Part shown: positions 1 through 13,196 of the stretch, in pieces
Numbering within the stretch: position 1 is the first letter of the stretch
Layout: every line of letters starts with the position of its first letter
DNA from: Neoechinorhynchus agilis
Lineage: Eukaryota; Animalia; Acanthocephala
NCBI GenBank assembly: GCA_051530055.1
Contig: CM121341.1
Span: 7,728,784-7,792,783, forward strand
Length of the DNA stretch: 64,000 nt
Direction of reading: 5' to 3'
Notes under the pieces: generated by a model
Databases searched by the model: none
The model's input: only the letters and a program-made list of their open reading frames with translations
Told to the model about the DNA's origin: nothing
Made by a program: the position numbers and the translations under genes

Positions 1-1080
1 CGAGGATATTATTTTTAAAGACAAAAAATCCACATTCTAGAGCAGTGTTCTCATTGTTCTTTAAATTTATTCTCGCTATAATAAAAAAATCATTTTATTG
101 TTCGCGAAATATTTCGACTTATCAATCATTGCGTTAAAGTGTTTGGGATTATCTTCAAAAAACAAGTTAAAATTTGCCATCCCGATGGATTTTTTATTTC
201 ATTTTCTCCGTCACTATTTACTCGAATTTTCAAATTATGAATTGAAGACTGGCCAGCCGCTGATAATTTTCATTGGACAAAAGCCGCAAAATCGGTTGAT
301 CTTTAAAATTGCATTTGATAGGAACTTCATTCGCTTCTTTTTCCCGATATTGATTCACTGCGGCGATCAATATAGAGTACAAAACGCCAATTTAGGAAAC
401 TTTCTCGACTCTACACACTAAACGCTGCTTAAAAAATCATTGTATTTAATAAGTCGTTTTATGTGTTTTTCTATTTCAGTAAAGAAAACGATGCGTAAAA
501 AAAGGTTTTACCATCTTTTAATGCAATGGAAAATCAGGACATAGCGATTATTTCTATAGTTTGAATGTCAACTTTCTGCACCAACAGAATCTAAAATTAA
601 ATTCTAAAAAACATGCGGTCATTCCAGGCAATTTATTAATCCGTGATTTTCAGTCGCCGATAGCTTGAATTTGAAATTTTGAGATAAAAAATTTATTTTT
701 TCCCATGGGTCTATGAGAAGATTGCTCTCGTTTAAATTATTTTCTATGTTGCGACTTTAAAAATTTATATGGCGGTGGGGAAAAAATTATATCAAAGAAT
801 GACTTTAATTAAAATATTTCGTCTCTAAAAAGGAATTAGGGAAAAATCGGTCTCCTCTTTGTGGTGTGCAAATTAGAATTATAAAATTAATTCGGTCTTG
901 TCGTTATCGAAATCAATTAAGAACACTATCGTTGAATCTCACGTATATTTTTCAAGATTTTCATTTATTCCTTATTTTAAAATGTACCTTTATCTTTATT
1001 AATGCAAACCGCCCCAGCGTATTTATTCCTTTGATAAAAAGGAATTCTACAATTTTAGAAATAAGTTTCAACGCGAATGT

Positions 1081-2830
1081 AAAATGTTGAAGAAGGAACC
1101 AAGGCAAAAAGGAAAAGCTCCAATGTCAATCGCAGGCTAAATGAAATGCCCGGGCAAAACAGTGAATTTAACACACAAATCAAGATGCTGAGATTGAACA
1201 CGAAGAGAATTGAAAATGATTTGGAGGAAAACACACAAAAAGTGCTCAGATCAGATTTCGAGGATTACAGAGTTAACAAAACAGAATGCGAACTTGAAGG
1301 AAGGAAAGATAAGACGCAATATCCAAATTTGGATTTCTATTAATGACCCAAATGATTGCCACAAAATAATGGAGGACATTTGCTCCCAAATTGAAAACTC
1401 CGTGAATGAACAAAACAAACGGGAAGATTTTAAAATTGATTGGAAAAAAACGGAGCGAAATGAAAAAGTTGTTAGAGAATCGCTTTAAGATGGCAATTAA
1501 ACCAATGGATTAAATATTAAGATGCGTTTCCTTAATTTTAAGCTTTTTCGGCTACGGACTGTCAACGTTTTCTGTGAATTTTTCCTTCAAATGTGTACAA
1601 GATTGAACCCGACAGCGACCAAATAACATTAATTTGTCGTTTATGGCCATTGTTTTTCGATGGAGACAAAGACAGGAAAACAACAATTAACAATATCCTT
1701 GCAAGTGAAGATGAAAACTCATACGATAAAAATTGCCCTTACTCATCCTTGTCGGTCTGATTGCTACTATTCAGAACAGCGAAAATGACCAATCCATTGA
1801 GCTAGAGAAACAAAAGGAAACAAAGAAGGAAACTGAGCATTCAAATGGCAAAGAAAAGCCTATGAAAGTCCCGATGCCTTGATGGGCATCGAACGTATTG
1901 AAAACTCAGAAAATCCGCAAGGAAAATATGAATCTGATGACGAGCCTTTCGGTTGGAACAAGCATATAAAAGAAGCTTCGATAAATGCAAACGGAAACGA
2001 TTTGAATATTTTATTGTTGTCATCAGCACGACACTCAATCTCAAACGGAATATCGAACTCCCAAAATCCTAGATGTTTATTTTCAGTGCAAAATGTTGAA
2101 GAAGGAACCAAGGCAAAAAGGAAAAGCTCCAATGTCAATCGCAGGCTAAATGAAATGCCCGGGCAAAACAGTGAATTTAACACACAAATCAAGATGCTGA
2201 GATTGAACACGAAGAGAATTGAAAATGATTTGGAGGAAAACACACAAAAAGTGCTCAGATCAGATTTCGAGGATTACAGAGTTAACAAAACAGAATGCGA
2301 ACTTGAAGGAAGGAAAGATAAGACGCAATATCCAAATTTGGATTTCTATTAATGACCCAAATGATTGCCACAAAATAATGGAGGACATTTGCTCCCAAAT
2401 TGAAAACTCCGTGAATGAACAAAACAAACGGGAAGATTTTAAAATTGATTGGAAAAAAACGGAGCGAAATGAAAAAGTTGTTAGAGAATCGCTTTAAGAT
2501 GGCAATTAAACCAATGGATTAAATATTAAGATGCGTTTCCTTAATTTTAAGCTTTTTCGGCTACGGACTGTCAACGTTTTCTGTGAATTTTTCCTTCAAA
2601 TGTGTACAAGATTGAACCCGACAGCGACCAAATAACATTAATTTGTCGTTTATGGCCATTGTTTTTCGATGGAGACAAAGACAGGAAAACAACAATTAAC
2701 AATATCCTTGCAAGTGAAGATGAAAACTCATACGATAAAAATTGCCCTTACTCATCCTTGTCGGTCTGATTGCTACTATTCAGAACAGCGAAAATGACCA
2801 ATCCATTGAGCTAGAGAAACAAAAGGAAAC
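1081..2830 (+). repeat. Near-identical ~740-bp direct duplication (1081-1821 and 2090-2830, offset 1009 bp) containing short broken coiled-coil-like ORFs
   Basis: Identical peptides at 1146-1343/2155-2352 and 1210-1488/2219-2497; nucleotide identity visible from aaaatgttgaagaagg to gagaaacaaaaggaaaca. Confidence 0.9.
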
Positions 2831-3479
2831 AGACGTGATAGCGAACTGAAGGCGAAACTTCGGTACAACGTTGAGGTTAAAACGCTCAGCAATGGGAAAC
2901 GAGCGATTGAAGAACCAAATAAGTACCAAACATGAGAAAAACAAGTTTCTAGCAAAGAACAAATATTCGGAAGATCATGGGCGGTATACAAGAAAGATGA
3001 AAGTTTTGGATCAATCACAAGAAGCCTTTCTCAATGCACTTTCTTCCAAGGGAAGAGATCCATGTTGACATTTACTAAGATTTAGGTTAAACTCCGCCAA
3101 GGACGGTCCCATGCTCGGCTGAAGTCAAGAAAGGCACTTGGCTGTAAAATTCTTGCCAAATTTTGATCCAAATGACAACCAACAACCGAATCAACCAACC
3201 TATATGCAACGCGCAAGTCCCTCGCCCCGAGCTTGTGTTAAATCATCAATAAAGTTTCGAAGTTCGAAGCAGATCACATACTGCGCAGTACGGAGAGACT
3301 CGGGAAATCGCCGACAAGGCCGAGAAAACGGTGGTTAGATTGCATCAAACAGGATAAATCGGTTGTCGAGGGAACCGCAACCTCTCGAGAGAGAAATGCT
3401 TGAGAGGAAATCCGCTGTTTTGAAACCTAACCCGGACTATCTAATTTATATCGTTTATTTCATCCTTAAGTTTTAAAAT

Positions 3480-4320
3480 TGATTCTATGAATTTCGTAGT
3501 CAGTTCAAGATCATCTTCCGGTATTTCACGAACACTTTCTACATCGACATGTTCATTAAAACCATCAAGGGCCGTAACATCAATCCAGAACTTGGTATTT
3601 GGTCCATTTTCGCCATATCTATTAAAAATTCATCGAGTCCAAATGCCTTCGCTGATTTCGTGCGTCTTAAAGCATTCAATACCTCTTCTATGGTCCCTGG
3701 TTCCGCATTCAAGCACAGATTAAACTACTTTTTCCCAATACTTTTGACAATGTAGCGTCTTCCTGAAGTCCGTCGATCACATTCCACCACGCGAGTTTTG
3801 AAAATGGTTTCATATCTTCATGGAACTTCAGAGGCCAATCACGGCATACGATTTGGCGAGCCCTTAGATCAATTTCTTGACACCATATTCGATTTTAAAC
3901 CCTATACGGTGTCCATATTCGAAATCCCGCAAATAAATCCTTTGCCTTGTTGTTTGAACAGTCGTCGATTATTGCCCTAAGATCGTTTCAGAGCGTAAAA
4001 CGTACCAGGCAGTTGGATTCATTTAAAAAAAACAAGAATAGCAATAATTGTTTACAAATTAAAATGGAAATTAGTGTGCAAGCCCATCAAACAACGTTTG
4101 TCCTTCATGTCCAAGATCTTTCCATTATTTTAGTAAAGTTATGTCAGAAATCGTTCCCCGGACCAACGATCGGACTTCAGATTTCTCATTTCAATCCCGG
4201 GAACATGTTCACTTACTTTCTTATAGCGAATTATCAAATAATTGATTTATTCCTATCCAATTGTTCCTTCGAGTGGATGTATATTCTCGATGGCGAATTG
4301 TTCTCCCACTCGAGTTTTAT
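3480..4320 (-). mobile_element. Highly decayed non-LTR retrotransposon fragment (pre-RT linker)
   Basis: Minus-strand translation near 3590-3720 gives GTIEEVLNALRRTKSAKAFGLDEFLIDMAK, resembling the EEV..AL..MK..KAPGPDG motif upstream of LINE RT domains; surrounding frames are full of stops. Confidence 0.45.
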
Positions 4321-4374
4321 TTAATAAATAATCTTTTTATTGTTTCTTTTTAAAGGACAATTTTAGATTAAATC

Positions 4375-4650
4375 GTCCCCCGGACGCTGACCGCATTTCC
4401 TCGTTGGATTGCGAGGCTTATTCTTTGTATCAGGAAAATCCTCTCGCGTCGCTCCCCTGTTTGTGCTGCAAGTCGTCGTCCGAGTTCGGCACAAAAGCTT
4501 CATGCCGAAGATCCCAGCGCCCCTTGTGTCTCCACGCCGAAAGGAAGGAAAATGTAATTTTGTTTTGAGCTCATTGTATTTCTCCGCTTTCCTCCTTTCG
4601 GCGGCACTCGCTGCTCCTCCCGTCTCCGCTAAAGCATCTTGCCGGTTGGA
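4375..4650 (-). mobile_element. 3' fragment of a CRE-clade retrotransposon (restriction-like endonuclease C-terminus)
   Basis: Minus translation GGAASAAERRKAEKY...PFGVETQGALGSSA...FLIQRISLAIQRGNAVSV, homologous to the 21994-22590 ORF. Confidence 0.8.
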
Positions 4651-5538
4651 CAGATCGAGGAACTCTTCATTTAGATTTATTTACGATGCTTGAGAAGGAA
4701 GCTCTAAGGCCTTGAAAATTCACAATGAAGAGTTCAATAAAACTCGAGTGTGTAACAATTCTCCATTGAGACTAATTGATTTATTTGATAATTTTCGACC
4801 TTCGCGCGGGCCTTTCGAAAACAATCAAATAAAAATAAATCAATTATTATACCTTTTGGAGTGGAGACTCTTGGTGCGCTCGGTAGCTCGGCGCTTAGAT
4901 TTACGAAGGAGTTATCGAGTAGACTCCAGGCAAAGACAGGAAATCGACGGTGGTGATTGTTTAAACGTTTTGTTGTTGTGTAAATGAGAGAGTTGCTTTC
5001 ATTATTATAATTCTTTATAAGAAAGTTAAAATGATGAACATCTTTACAACATTTTTTTATTGTAAACACGATCCAAACGGCTACTACAAACCCTTGAAGA
5101 TTTTAGTATAAATTTTGTAGTTTTTTTACATAAATTGACTCTTCAATGTCCATTTTCGGTAATAACATTTCTAGGTTTTACAATAATAAAGCACAAAACG
5201 TGCAATCACCGCCGTTCTTTTTTTAAAAGGGATTTATGTCGAGTGAAGAGTAGTCTGAATAGAGTTTATCAGCAACGGTACTTAAAGTTTCTTAGAATTT
5301 TTCGATTTGTTCTTAAGACATAGCAGATTATCGATTCGCATTTACTTGACCTAAGATGGTTTCTGCTATGTAGAGTATCGTTCAATTTGGAGCAAAGAAA
5401 TATTTGGAAAGAAATCAATTGAAAGTATAAAAGAAGCCGATAAATTTCGGCCAAATATGAATTGTAAAACTTTACTGATCACATTCTTCTTAAATCGGTG
5501 ATTGATTTATTGTTCTTAATCAAGGCTTTTCCAATTTT

Positions 5539-8500
5539 TCACTCCGATCGGCTATGAATATGTCTAAGAAGGTCCTTTTTAGTAATAACGCCTAAAAGAC
5601 GTCCATCTCTACTAATATACGCATGCCTCAATCCCATCTTCCGAAACAAATCAACGATTGTCTCAGTCGAAGTCGTATCACTCACAGCGATCGGTGTTTG
5701 ATCGACTAAGGCGCTTAGATTAATGATATCATACCGTTGCCGTCCGAAATCATCAGCACCAAAAGATACCCATGCGTGTTCATCCGATGACCTGTCACTA
5801 GAACTCTCGATATTCTTTAAAGCGTCAATTATATCCTTCCTTGAGATTTGGCCATGAAGTGCCATTTGTTCAAATGAATTGATGACGGGAATAACAGGGT
5901 ATCTCATTCTATTGAGAAGAGTGTATAGGTCGATAAGTTTGATTCCCCGTTTAGCCACAAAACACATTCCATTCTCAGTTTGAGCGGTGATTTCCTTTAA
6001 AATGTCTGTGGCGTTTGTACGGATCCTCGTATCTTCTTTATTGTCTAAAAATGGATACTGCTTTCGTTCAATGTCACTATCGTAGATTCCACCACGACCG
6101 AATGCATCCGCTGTCCATTTGGCAACCATTGTAGCAACCATTAAAGGAACGATATAGGTGAGTCCGCCGGTTATCTCAAACATGATGACCACGAGTGAAA
6201 CCGTCATCTTAGTCACTCCTGCGAGAAAAGCACAAGCACCGACCAAAGCGTATAGACCAGGAGTAACGCAGCTTTGATCCAATGTTCCACATTCGTATTT
6301 GAACAGAAACAGTTTAGGATACGTCAGGACGATTTGTTCAATCAATGTACCCAGTAGACGTCCAGATACCGATCCAATGCACATTGCAGGAATCATCAGA
6401 CCAGCAGGAACCTTTGCGTTGATTGAGAATACCATAAAAACGTTAAATAGGACGAAAGCGAACACGAGGTGCCCCATCGCTCTAGCCACGCCGGAACCAA
6501 TACCAATCGGTATAAGTTTGCTTTGAGCGGAATCTATCGGATATTTCCATGTATAATCGCACAAATCTGATCAACAGGGACGAGATTGAAGAAGATTTCG
6601 AAAAGGACCCCTTTAGAACGCTCGATCCTGATGAATATGTGGTGTTCTCGAATGGTACAACGTGAGACCATAAGTTGAATGAGTTTACTCATGGACATTC
6701 GAGTATATGGATTCGGATAGAAGAGCACCGAAGTCAACAGACACAAAAGTACAACCTCTAAAAGTGCATGTTTGTGGACTGATCTGTTTCGTCGATATTT
6801 GCACCAAAATTGGTTGAGTTTAATAAACGCCGCACCCCATAGACCACCGAGACAACCAAGAAAAGCGAAATTCACCAACTCGAAGTAGTACCATGGAACA
6901 GAGTAATCGATCGCAAACTGGATGTCCCTTCCACTCGGCTTTATGTACCGAACAACGAGTGCTCCGATCATTGCGCAAAAGAACGACCTCCACAATGTTT
7001 TAAACGGAAAATAGTAACTGACTTCTTCAAGACTGAACAACACACCACCTAATGGAGCACCAAATGCAACGGCTACTCCAACGGCTGATCCAGCTGAGAG
7101 AATTTCCCTCTTCTTTGCCTCATTTTTTCCATATTTCGGGAAAGCATAAGATAAAATATTGCCACAGCAACAACCAATATGAACAAATGGACCTTCCTTA
7201 CCTACAACGAGAGACGTACTAGTTGCAAGCATCATTCCAACACTCTTAATGACCAGAGTCCATTTACCTAAATATCCTCGCATTATAAATCCAGATAAAA
7301 TTGTCTTGATCTCAGCTATACCGGATCCAATCGCGTATGGAGCAAACATACGAACCATCATTACAACAAGAAACCCGTATGATATTGACAAAAGTACGTA
7401 CATCAGCAAATTGCAAACGTATCCAACAGTTGAAACGGAGGATCCAAAGTGTCCATGTGAAAATATCCGGTACCATGTAAAGAACTCGGGGCACGATTCT
7501 AATCGAAAATGATCCTTCGTCGCTCATTCGTCAAGGTCAAGGGAAAATTGCACATTAATGAGAGACAAGCAAATCTATAACCTGTTTTGGATTATTGTAT
7601 TCAGGTGGGCGGAAGAGAATTCGTTCGGATTCTCAAAATCCACCGATTTCAAGTACAAAAACAAACTCCAATGATAAAAACATCGGGGAAACACCGGAAT
7701 TGTCCGGCGTGAAATGTAGGAATTAGTAAAAGTTAAATTCTAATGGCAAAAAGGTTTAATCATTCTTAGAGAAACAGAAAATACTTTGGGGACATTCGGA
7801 TTCTCAAAATCCACCGATGATTTCCGATATTTCACGTACAAAAACAAACTCCAATGATAAAAACATTGGGGAAACACCGGAATTGTCCGGCGTGAAATGT
7901 AGGAATTAGTAAAAGTTAAATCCTAATGGCAAAAAGGTTTAATCATTCTTAGAGAAACAGAAAATACTTTGGGGACATTCCGATTCTCAAAATCCACCGA
8001 TGATTTCCGATATTTCACGTACAAAAACAAACTCCAATGATAAAAACATCGGGGAAACACCGGAATTGTCCGGCGTGAAATGTAGGAATTAGTAAAAGTT
8101 AAATTCTAATGGCAAAAAGGTTTAATCATTCTTAGAGAAACAGAAAATACTTTGGGGACATTCCGATTCTCAAAATCCACCGATGATTTCCGATATTTCA
8201 CGTACAAAAACAAACTCCAATGATAAAAACATCGGGGAAACACCGGAATTGTCCGGCGTGAAATGTAGGAATTAGTAAAAGTTAAATCCTAATGGCAAAA
8301 AGGTTTAATCATTCTTAGAGAAACAGAAAATACTTTGGACATTCCGATTCTCAAAATCCACCGATGATTTCCGATATTTCACGTACACAAACAAACTCCA
8401 ATGATAAAAACATCGGGGAAACACCGGAATTGTCCGGCGTGAAATGTAGGAATTAGTAAAAGTTAAATCCTAATGGCAAAAAGGTTTAATCATTCTTAGA

Positions 8501-11082
8501 GAAACAGAAAATACTTTGGGGACATTCCGATTCTCAAAATCCACCGATGATTTCCGATATTTCACGTACACAAACAAACTCCAATGATAAAAACATCGGA
8601 AACACCGGAATTGTCCGGCGTGAAATGTAGGAATTAGTAGTTAAATCCTAATGGCAAAAAGGTTTAATCATTCTTAGAGAAACAGAAAATACTGGGGACA
8701 TTCCGATTCTCAAAATCCACCGATGATTTCCGATATTTCACCTACACAAACAAACTCCAATGATAAAAACATCGGGGAAACACCGGAATTGTCCGGCGTG
8801 AAATGTAGGAATTAGTAAAAGTTAAATCCTAATGGCAAAAAGGTTTAATCATTCTTAGAGAAACAGAAAATACTTTGGGGACATTCCGATTCTCAAAATC
8901 CACCGATGATTTCCGATATTTCACGTACACAAACAAACTCCAATGATAAAAACATTGGGGAAACACCGGAATTGTCCGGCGTGAAATGTAGGAATTAGTA
9001 AAAGTTAAATTCTAATGGCAAAAAGGTTTAATCATTCTTAGAGAAACAGAAAATACTTTGGGGACATTCCGATTCTCAAAATCCACCGATGATTTCCGAT
9101 ATTTCACCTACACAAACAAACTCCAATGATAAAAACATCGGGGAAACACCGGAATTGTCCGGCGTGAAATGTAGGAATTAGTAAAAGTAAATTCTAATGG
9201 CAAAAAGGTTTAATCATTCTTAGAGAAACAGAAAATACTTTGGGGACATTCCGATTCTCAAAATCCACTGATGATTTCCGATATTTCACGTACACAAACA
9301 AACTCCAATGATAAAAACATCGGGGAAACACCGGAATTGTCCGGCGTGAAATGTAGGAATTAGTAAAAGTTAAATTCTAATGGCAAAAAGGTTTAATCAT
9401 TCTTAGAGAAACAGAAAATACTTTGGGGACATTCCGATTCTCAAAATCCACCGATGATTTCCGATATTTCACGTACACAAACAAACTCCAATGATAAAAA
9501 CATCGGGGAAACACCGGAATTGTCCGGCGTGAAATGTAGGAATTAGTAAAAGTTAAATCCTAATGGCAAAAAGGTTTAATCATTCTTAAGAAACAGAAAA
9601 TACTTTGGGGACATTCCGATTCTCAAAATCCACCGATGATTTCCGATATTTCACGTACACAAACAAACTCCAATGATAAACATCGGGGAAACACCGGAAT
9701 TGTCCGGCGTGAAATGTAGGAATTAGTAAAAGTTAAATCTAATGGCAAAAAGGTTTAATCATTCTTAGAGAAACAGAAAATACTTTGGGGACATTCCGAT
9801 TCTCAAAATCCACCGATGATTTCCGATATTTCACGTACACAAACAAACTCCAATGATAAAAACATCGGGGAAACACCGGAATTGTCCGGCGTGAAATATA
9901 GGAATTAGTAAAAGTTAAATTCTAATGGCAAAAAGGTTTAATCATTCTTAGAGAAACAGAAAATACTTTGGGGACATTCCGATTCTCAAAATCCACTGAT
10001 GATTTCCGATATTTCACGTACACAAACAAACTCCAATGATAAAAACATCGGGGAAACACCGGAATTGTCCGGCGTGAAATATTGGAATTAGTAAAAGTTA
10101 AATCCTAATGGCAAAAAGGTTTAATCATTCTTAGAGAAACAGAAAATACTTTGGGGACATTCCGATTCTCAAAATCCACCGATGATTTATTTCCGAAATG
10201 ACTAACCTTGGGAAATGCTGGAATTATTCGAGAGGTGAAATATCGGGCGGTGAATTTTGAGAATCCGAATATAAGTTGAAAAACTAATTGAAGAAAGTAA
10301 AAACTTTTGTTCATTATTAATGCGATGCACGATAATGAAGGTTCGGCTCAAAATATTAATCTTTCCAATACGGAAAAATCGTTTGATTGTTTTATGGCGA
10401 AGAAATTCAAATGCAACGTAAGTTCGCCATTGTAATAACTTGCGAAATTCTGAAACCAATCAGCAGTTTAAAAAATAAAATCATATTTCTCTACGCCATG
10501 CGTTTTAAGGTAGCATAAATTCCACCGGAAAAAATTGAATACAATTTACACTAATTCCAGAGAATGGAAAAAGGATTCTCAAAGGATCACTTTCAGCAAA
10601 TTCTGAACGGAGTCGAATGTCACATTTATTGAACTCCAACAGCAATGTTCTCGGTCCAACCAAAATGCTTCCAGGCAGATTCCTTCTCGTAAACTTCCTA
10701 TCCAATTGGTGCCAATATCAACAACGCCAGCTAAGAGACCTGCCAAAGCTCCTACAAAGAACACCAAAACCCACCCAGACCAAGCATCTATCATCGTTCT
10801 CATTTTTCGTAAACATCCACGATGTTCACGTAAACTTTGATGGCGTTCTCGATCGGCTTTTAGATCTTTCAACCAATCGATAGTTTGGAAATCATCATAG
10901 AAGTCTTTAGTAGTTTTAACGTGTCGAACATCTTCGTAGTTTATCATTCGATAAGATCGCGTTGCAGTAGCACCTTGCATAAGATTGGACGAAGAATTCA
11001 TTGATTTCAAGGAATGGTGGTCAATGGTCGATTCATTTACGAGAGTGGATGTTGATGAATCGAGAATGAGCGTTTTATCCAT
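5539..11082 (-). CDS. CLCN3: ClC-3/4/5-type 2Cl-/H+ exchanger with C-terminal CBS domains; exons approx 11082-10609, 7502-6638, 6566-5539
   Basis: Motifs DFQTIDW, GSGIAEIK, GKEGPFVH, GGVLFSLEEVS, PGLYALVGA, LLGVITKKD. Paralogue within ClC-3/4/5 not resolvable; junctions approximate and non-canonical. Confidence 0.93.
6565..6638 (-). other. Candidate hairpin-bounded non-canonical intron (CLC, ~71-74 nt)
   Basis: Frame change between ORFs 6534-7409 and 5539-6564; arms catcaggatcgag / ctcgtccctgttg pair at 10 of 13 positions. Confidence 0.6.
7503..10608 (-). other. Large CLC intron with terminal inverted repeats, filled by a minisatellite
   Basis: Arms gaaagtgatcctt (10582-10594) and aaggatcattttc (7505-7517) match at 12 of 13; homology joins VTFDS to LESCPEFFTW. 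Confidence 0.7.
7620..10190. repeat. ~183-bp minisatellite, ~14 copies, inside the CLC intron
   Basis: gattctcaaaatccacc recurs at about 7799, 7982, 8165, 8346, 8529 and onward to ~10165. Confidence 0.95.
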
Positions 11083-11719
11083 CTAAAAAATGTATTGTGT
11101 CCGTCATTAAAGTCTTTTATCGTGCGTTATTTTAAGAAGCAATCAAATTTTTAAAAATTTGCCGGTTAAAAAAGATTCAGTGGCAATTTAGGCACACAAA
11201 CACATTTTTCAAACCGGGTTTCAGCCAAAAAAACGTGGAGTATCCGGTGATTAAAGGATATGCTTTTAGAGCGCACGATTTCTCGGGAATTTCTTCAGTT
11301 TGACGGGTAGTGGATGTAGAAAAGTGCTCATTAATCTTCGAGTTCTAAGAAAAGAAGCCGACTTGCATTGTAATCTCATTTTTAAAAAGGGTACATAACC
11401 TCAAATTCGTATAAAATCTTTATTTTTCAAATTAAAAGAGAAAAATCGAGACGTTTTGTGTGAAATTATTACAAAAAATATTTCAATTTTTAGAAAATGT
11501 TGGAATGGTCAAAGATACTCAATGGGAACGGACTCACCGACATCGCAAAACGTTATAACCAAGTTCGATTTTACCTCGTTCAATTTCGGCAACCTTTTCG
11601 ACGAACAACCATCTGATCACAAAAACGACAAACAAATGCCGAAAAAACGATCAGTCAATATCACGGTTTACAAAAAAATATATTTTTCGATAGGAAAGAT
11701 AAATGAAATTATGAATTTA

Positions 11720-12030
11720 TTTTATATTTCGATCCACTATCTCGGATCTTCTTCAGCGATTGACGAACTCGAATATTTAAAAACTTGCAAACAATCGCTG
11801 AAGAAGATCCGAGATAGTGGATCGAAATATCCAATAAATCTTAATTTCATTTCTCCTATCGACAAATAACAATGAATTATCTTTTCAAAATGAAATTAAG
11901 ATTTTATTGGATATTTCGATCCACTATCTCGGCTCTTCTTCAGCGATTCAATTCACGCGGATCCGAGATAGTGGATCGAAATATCCAATAAAATCTTAAT
12001 TTCATTTATCTCTCCTATCGACAAATAACA
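11720..12030. repeat. Two adjacent palindromic fold-back (MITE-like) elements
   Basis: atatttcgatccactatctcggatcttcttcagcgatt ... aatcgctgaagaagatccgagatagtggatcgaaatat is a perfect ~38-bp inverted repeat; second shorter copy at ~11905-12000. Confidence 0.8.
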
Positions 12031-12929
12031 ATGAATTATCTTTTTTACAAAAAAAATATGTAAAGTTAGATCGTTCAACCATTGACCATATCCGAAAATG
12101 GATCCAAGAGTATTTTTAGGACACAACCAAGCGTTCGATTCGCTTCTAAACGAATCGTAGCGAAAGTCTCTTTTGCCAACGAAAACGTTCTTCCAAAAGT
12201 ACGCGTTCTTACACTTGTTTGCAACACGATAAAAAAGTTTGTCTGGGGAATTCTTGGTTTATTAGCTTTTGTTGTGATCTTCTATACTGAATCGTAGGCA
12301 TTATTGTTTAAAGTCTTCATTCGGTAAACAATTTTTTATGGTGTCTTTTAATAACAAACTGATGATGAACCCGATACGAAGTTCGATCAAAAAAATTATT
12401 CACCGGGTAATGAAGACTTCTGAAAACAATAATTCTTCTAATCATATATACCATTTTGAACCCGGTGTTTTCTTCTTTTTTCCCAATTTAAAGTCTCAAT
12501 CTCTTCGACCATTGTTTCCGCGATGCCAAACGATGATTTTCTGCATAAAATCCCCTTTTTTCTCATCAAAGAATTTTTAGGGCAACAAAAAAGGATTTTC
12601 TATCCGCAAAATCGGAGCTTCTCTATTTCGTCGGCTACCTTTCCCTTGGGCGCAATTTCTGGATCAATGTGAGAAAGCCGAAACGAAATCACGAGCCTTA
12701 GAAAAGGCAATGCGGAGTCATGAAAATCATAACTAAACAATTGCGGACTATATACCATTTCGTTCCTGTACGAATAAATTGTTGCCATCAGTTAATTTCG
12801 AGAGCTAACGTTAAAAAATAGCTTCAATTGTAACAAGAGCAAAAACGACTAAAATACCATTCAACATCAAACGGTGATTTGTTCGACGAATTTTGAAAAG
12901 GTGCTTACGGTGAAAGATAAACCTTGGAC

Positions 12930-13170
12930 TTTTAAAAGCAGTATTGCATCGTTGTACTGCAAACGAGATATTTTGTCGCTCGTCGCCGGTCTTTTCTCTC
13001 AATTTCTACTCCGAAGGGGACAAAATAGTGGACCTTTGCTAAATCCCTATATTTTCGTACCTTCCTCCTTTCCGCTGCACCTCCAGCGATTTCAAGAGAT
13101 TACGGAATGTTGCTTACTGCGCGAGGGTGTCCACACTCGTGGCGTCCCGGCAACCTTTTCAAACAGCCCA
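12930..13170 (-). mobile_element. Decayed CRE-clade endonuclease fragment
   Basis: Minus translation includes RDATSVDTLAQ and KTGDERQNISFAVQRCN, matching WDATCVDTLAA and RQNISLAVQRGN of the 21994-22590 ORF. Confidence 0.7.
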
Positions 13171-13196
13171 AAAATGGAAGTGATCCTACAACTCAT

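Noticed and set aside
3300-3440. GC-richer segment as a self-cleaving ribozyme or structured RNA
   Set aside because: No hammerhead (CUGAUGA...GAAA) or HDV-like core could be identified by eye.
98-5454. Short ORFs from the track in this region, and antisense ORFs over real genes throughout the window (e.g. 55388-55936, 33678-34007)
   Set aside because: They have no recognisable motifs, and are either shadows of real CDSs or AT-rich chance frames.
11083-11095. ttttttag immediately before the CLC ATG as evidence of SL trans-splicing
   Set aside because: It is a single instance, equally explained by a 5' UTR intron, and other start codons lack it.
12340-12800. Possible small spliced minus-strand gene
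   Set aside because: Donor- and acceptor-like sites are present, but there is no recognisable product or unambiguous frame.
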